Assembly: GCF_009914755.1 (NCBI RefSeq) | Contig: NC_060929.1 | Strand: one strand, 5' to 3' | DNA from: the human T2T-CHM13v2.0 reference genome, Homo sapiens | Length of the DNA: 64,000 nt | In this document: positions 55,885 to 64,000 of the stretch, piece by piece | Layout of the letters: each line of letters begins with the position of its first letter | Numbering within the stretch: the first letter of the stretch is position 1 | Notes under the pieces: model-generated | Databases searched by the model: none | Told to the model about the DNA's origin: nothing | The model's input: only the letters and a program-made list of their open reading frames with translations | Position numbers and translations under genes: made by a program

Positions 55885-56543
55885 TAGTGTACTCCTGACC
55901 TCATGATCCGCCCGCCTCGGCCTCCGAAAGTGCTGGGATTACAGGCGTTAGCCACGGCGCCCAGCCAGTTCAGCTTCTTATATCTAAGGATAAGAGATTG
56001 AAAGCTATTGCTTTAGTGTTGAATTTCTGGGCATAGCACATGAAATATGTAGCCAGCACAGTCTTTGGGCATATCAAACTACGTGAGGCTTTCTTGGAAG
56101 GCCCATACTGATTCTTACCTTTGCTTTCCCACTTAGTAAGAATGCCTTCCCCACCCTGTCTTTCATTTAGCTAATAACCTTTTCATCCTTGAAAACAGCT
56201 CAAGCATCAACTCCTGAAGCTTTCCCAAACTTCCCCCATCTCCACCCCCTGTTTCTAGAATCAGTCTTTTTTTTCCCTTTGAGACAGAGTCTCACTCTGT
56301 TGCCCAGACTGGAGTGCAGTGGTGCCATCTTGGCTCACCACAACCTCTGCCTCCCGAGTTCAGTGATTCTCCTGCTTCAGCCTCCCAAGTAGCTGGGGCT
56401 ACAGGCACATGCCACCATGCTTGGCTAATTTTTGTATTTTTAGTAGAGACGGGGTTTCACTATGTTGGCCAGGCTGGTCTCGAACTCTTGATCTCGTGAT
56501 CCACCCGCCTCAGCCTCCCAAAGTGCTGGGATTACAGGTGTGA

Positions 56544-56771
<228 letters not shown>

Positions 56772-57402
56772 TAGTAGAGATGGAGTTTCACGATGTTGGC
56801 CAGGCTGGTCTCGAACTCCAGACCTCGTGATCTGCCTGCCTCGGCCTTCCAAAGTGCTGGGATTACAAGCGTGAGCCACCATGCCCGACCTTATTTCTTT
56901 ACTTTGTCTACTAAATTCAGAGTCCTTTGAGGATGCCATGAAGTCAATGCCTTGTAGAGTTTGACTTCAAGAAGGTGCTCAATAAATGTTTGAACAATGG
57001 GATAAAGGGAGCTTGAAGGAAATGGTTAATGGCGATGAAGTTAGTTAATCCTTAGTAGTCAGGATAGAATTTGTGTTGAGTAGTGAGAAGCAGTTTATAT
57101 TATGAAATAAAGACTAAAGACTGAATTGTCATTTATTTGGACTAACTTCACATGTTGCTGATAAAAATTAATTACTTCTCAGTTTCCTTTGCAGCAAAGT
57201 CTAGAATGTGAATTTATTTGCTTCCAACTTTAAACTGACTCACTCTAAGTTGGCATTTCACTGTTTTTTTTTTTGCCCAGGCTGGAGTAGAATGGCGCAA
57301 TCATAGCTCACTGTATCCTCAAACTCCTGGGCTCAAGTGATCCTCCTGCCTGGGCCTCCTGAGTAGTTAGGACTGTAGGCAGCTGCCTTCATGCCCAGCT
57401 AA

Positions 57403-57537
<135 letters not shown>

Positions 57538-57810
57538 TAATTGAGGAATTAAATGATCACTTTTTTCTTTTTTAACAGAGACAGGGTTTTGCTATGTTGC
57601 CCAGGCTGGTCTTGAACTCCTAGCCTCAACCTCAGCCTCTCAAAGTGCTGAGATTAAAGGTGTGAGCCACCGCGCCCAACCCAAATGATCACTTTTGATG
57701 TTAATCACTTCCTAAAAAGAAATGGAATAAATCTGAAAAGATACTTTTCCTTTAAGGAAATGAATTGTATGCCGATTCAGCAGAATACTAGCTTGAGTTG
57801 GTACCAATAA

Positions 57811-58107
<297 letters not shown>

Positions 58108-58676
58108 TGAAAGTATTTTCCATCAATAGTTTATAATAATACAAGCAGGACGTGGGCAGCATTTCTTAAGAGATCGCACTTTCAAATTCTCCTTTATGGA
58201 ATACCTATAATAAAAAGTCACTAAATAAACCAATGGAGTCTATTTGTCACTTTGTGCAGGAAAGTTCGAAGTTAGGGTGGATACTACTATCGCTTTCTAA
58301 AGGAAAATCCACAGATTGAATTTGATATGTATATATGCGATCTCCACCACGTTTGGAATGGTTAAGTCCCAAACTCTGCATTTTAGGTGATAACGGGTCA
58401 GGAAGTGGATGAGGATGTAGAATATACTCAAAGACTACAGCCACCCCTAACACAAGGCATTTTGTGTTAGTGTGGCTGATGTGCATCCAGTTGTTGGTGA
58501 AATTATTTGTGCCCAAAAGGAGTACACTCAAAAGCTACTTTTTTGGTTCACTTCAATTTGATCCCACTTTTGAAACTTTCTATTAATGGCATTTGCCCTT
58601 TCCCTACAAATACAAGCACTCTTTATGGCAGCATAAACATAGTAACATAAATTATACTGTTACCACATTTATGTAG

Positions 58677-58850
<174 letters not shown>

Positions 58851-59719
58851 TAATTTTTTGTATTTTTATTTGGTTTTGGTTTTTTTGAGACAGGGTCTTG
58901 CTCTGTTGCCCAGGCTGGAGTGCAGTGGTGCAATCTCGGCTCAATCCAGCCTCCGCCTCGGGTCAAGTGATTCTCATGCCTCAGCATCCCGAGCAGCTGG
59001 GATTACAGGTGCCCACCACAACACCCAGCTAATTTTTGTACTTTTAGTAGAGATGAGGTATCACCATATTGGCCAGGCTGGTCTCGAACTCCTGACCTTA
59101 GATGATCTACCCATCCCGGCCTCCCAAAGTGCTGGGATTACAGGCCTGAGCAACCGCACCCAGCCCCCAGTTGTTTCTAATGTGTTGTCTTATGTCATCA
59201 CTGACATGTTCATCTCTTGCCTGCTCCTTTTTGGCCTCTCCTTTTTCTATAGGATTCTTCTGCAAGACTTCTTTGCCAGGAGCAGCCTTCTGCTTTTAGT
59301 TTCTTCTTCCATCTTTCTAGTGCTTTTTAAAGTTGTGTTCTAACTTTGGAGGATTCAATTTAGTAAATGTGCTGTTTCTTTTTTTTTTTTTTTTTTTTTT
59401 GGGACAGAGTCTCGCTGTGTCACCTAGGCTGGTGTGCAGTGGCACAATCTCGGCTCACTGCAAGCTCTGTCTCCCGGGTTCACGCCATTCTCCTGCCTCA
59501 GCCTCCTGAGTAGCTGGGACTACAGGCATCCGCCACCACGCCCGGCTAATTTTTTATATTTTTAGTAGAGACGGGGTTTCACCGTGTTAGCCAGGATGGT
59601 CTCCATCTCCTGACCTCGTGATCCACCCGCCTTGGCCTCCCAAAGTGCTGGGATTATAGGTGTGAGCCACCGCGCCCAGCCTGTAAATGTGCTGTTTCTT
59701 GATGCTTCGTTCTTGTTCT

Positions 59720-60030
59720 GTGCAAGGCCATTTATGCAAAGCAACCCCTCAAGTGGCAGAGGAGCTGAGAAACCAAGGAATTAGGCAGATAAATGGAGTT
59801 TGCTGGTATTGGGTGACTGATGAGGGGGAATTTACAGACGTAAGTATGGTCTTTGATGGCTGTAAGATGTAGATCTCTGCACTGTAACCCCTCGTACCCA
59901 CGGCTTGGGTATGTATACATTTTCTTGGGCAAAGTATACATGCTCTAGAATCAATGTGTGGGTGGCTGACAGAATGCTGCAGACATCACAGCCTATAATG
60001 TATACAATAATATCAAGGGCTGTTTTGGAG
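59720..60030 (-). mobile_element. Probable old solo LTR fragment (ERVL-type, MER54/MER74-like)
   Basis: ggagctgagaaaccaagg...ggcagataaatggagtttgctggtattgggtg...gggaatttacagac...gtagatctctgcact resembles reverse LTR U5/R sequence; family is from memory only. Confidence 0.4.
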
Positions 60031-60337
60031 GAAAGGCCAAACTTAAAGTGAATAGGCAGAAGTCACATTGAATTAGTATTTAAAATAAAGTCACTGTTGT
60101 CCCCACAGTTCTTAGCTATGTTGCTGTTGGGATTTAACCCAGGAGCAGGCAGGAGTGTTGTAGTACATGGGTTCCAGCTGCCCTGGGAGTTACTGATATT
60201 TTCTCTACATAAAGCTCAGGTTCTAAGTTTAGAGGCTTAAGTGAAAAGATCTGAGATGATAATGTAGTATCTTTATTTGGAAGGGAGTGGACCAGCAGCA
60301 GTTGTGGTGAAGAATATCGTAAGACCTGACAATATAA

Positions 60338-60699
<362 letters not shown>

Positions 60700-60781
60700 T
60701 GATGGTGTTGTTTGTGGTTGACCATATGAATAATTGAATTAAGAACTGATATAGATTATAAATGCCCCAGTGCTACTGTAG

Positions 60782-61066
<285 letters not shown>

Positions 61067-61090
61067 TAAGAAACTGATGTTTTCAGGCCA

Positions 61091-61330
61091 GTCTGGGCGC
61101 AGTGGCTCATGCCTGTAATCCCAGCGGGCGGGTGGATCACAAGGTTAGGAATCGAGACCATCCTGGCCAACGCAGTAAAACCCTGTCTCTACTAAAAATA
61201 CAAAAAATTAGCCGGGCATGGTGGCGGGCGCCTGTAGTCCCAGCTACTGGAGGCGGAGGTTGCAGTGAGCTGAGATCATGCCATTGCACTCCAGCCTGGG
61301 TGACAGAGCGAGACTCAAAAAAAAAAGAAA
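61091..61330 (+). mobile_element. Internally deleted sense Alu in CCNB1 intron 5
   Basis: Alu consensus with two internal deletions and an A tail. Confidence 0.85.
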
Positions 61331-61434
61331 GAAATAAACCGACTTTTTCAACTAAAATCTTTCTTGGGGGATATGGTGTCATTAATTAAGATTTTGCTAT
61401 GGGAGAATGTCTTTCTACCTCTCCTTCATCATAG

Positions 61435-61737
<303 letters not shown>

Positions 61738-61927
61738 TGAGAAACCTCTCCGTATGGGTACATTAGGGGGAACACTGCTGCTGACCAAGCACGTTGAATT
61801 CAACTGACCTGTATTATACCTAACTACATGGGGAAGGGATAAAGTTGTTCTTTATTTCTAGTCAGGCTGCATGTTAATATTAGGACTTTCCATGGGCATT
61901 TGAGAGTTTGTAGACAAACATTTGTAG

Positions 61928-62173
<246 letters not shown>

Positions 62174-62435
62174 TAAGCTTTTAAATTTTAAAGAGTGACT
62201 AAATACAGAACTTTTGTTATTAAAAGGCAATTCAAGTGGTTCATAAATATGGGATCTACTGAAGGAATAGTTAAAAAAGATGTCTTAGAATGTTTCCACA
62301 TCTTTTTGTTTTTGAGACAAGGTCTCGCTCTGTCACCCAGGCTGGAGTGCAGTGGTGCAGTCTTGGCCCACTGCAACATCAGCCTCCAGAGTAGCCGGGA
62401 TTACAGGTGTCTGTCTAGTTTTTAAATTTTTTTCA

Positions 62436-62539
62436 TGTCAGGTGGGTAATATGCCCACATTGTAACAAGGTTTGAGGGTGGCACGTTTCACATGTTCACA
62501 TGAACACCAAATCATCACACTTATGAACTACAAAAGAGT
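62436..62539 (-). pseudogene. U13 (SNORD13) C/D snoRNA processed pseudogene
   Basis: Reverse complement actcttttgtagttcataagtgtgatgatttggtgttc...gtgccaccctcaaaccttgttacaatgtgggcatattacccacctgac aligns end to end with U13; box C TGATGA and box D CTGA retained; short A tail (T run 62427-62433). Confidence 0.9.
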
Positions 62540-62878
62540 CGCCCACCAGCCTGGGCAACATAGCAAATCCTCATCTTTACAAAAAATATATAAAATATAT
62601 ATATATATATATATATACAGGCACACGCCTGTAGTCCCAGCTACTCTGGAGGCTGAGCTTTGTATTTTTTGTAGACATGGGGTCTCTCTATATTACCCAG
62701 GCTGGTCTTGAAACTCTGGGCTCAAGCGATCCACCCACCTCCACTTACCAAAGTGTTGGAATTACAGGCGTGAGCCATTGCAACCAGTCGAGTGTTTCCA
62801 TTTCTTTCCCTGATTTCAACTTTATTCCCTTTGAGAAAGGTAGAGCAACTTTTACTCCTTACAGATGGAGAAACTTGA

Positions 62879-63590
<712 letters not shown>

Positions 63591-63843
63591 ACAAAGTTGG
63601 CCTCAAGGAAGTGGAGTCTAGTTTTAGGGTGGGCAAGTCAGCAATTACAAAAGTGCAATTAGGTTTGAGCAGAGGAAGCATGAGAGCACCTAGGAAAGGA
63701 GTCTTTAGCTTTGTCTTAAATTTCAGTTATATTAATTATACAGTACCCATCTCTTTTCCACTCCTGAATAACATCTAACATCTAGAAACTTTATGAAAAT
63801 CATTATTGATTTGAGCATTTTTAACATTAACTTGTTGCCTTAG

Positions 63844-63984
<141 letters not shown>

Positions 63985-64000
63985 TGAAAAGTGTAATAAT

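Overview
Human (primate) genomic DNA, recognisable as the SLC30A5-CCNB1 locus (5q13.2). Both genes are on the + strand. Bases 905-16133 hold the last ten coding exons of the zinc transporter ZnT5 (SLC30A5), followed by an AT-rich 3' UTR to about 17.6 kb. A ~36 kb intergenic region follows, made almost entirely of Alu, L1, L2, MIR and DNA-transposon debris. It includes a near full-length old L1 fragmented by Alus, a decayed class I ERV env gene, and an H/ACA snoRNA retrocopy (SNORA50D) sitting in an Alu tail. The CCNB1 CpG-island promoter (E-box, GC box, two CCAAT boxes 32 bp apart, CHR) starts at about 53.4 kb, followed by coding exons 1-8 (398 codons); the last exon lies beyond the window. 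A U13 snoRNA retro-pseudogene lies antisense in CCNB1 intron 7. Nearly all ORFs in the supplied track are Alu or L1 artefacts. I see no convincing new multi-gene system. The most notable items are the Alu-interrupted env fossil, a 33-nt intron/3'UTR duplication in SLC30A5, an intronic read-through/polyadenylation isoform, the Alu-snoRNA arrangement, and an inverted-Alu-flanked, stop-free 378-nt CCNB1 exon 6-7 circle. Exon boundaries were read by hand from GT-AG sites and frame continuity. Repeat boundaries and subfamily calls are approximate and come from recalled consensus sequences.
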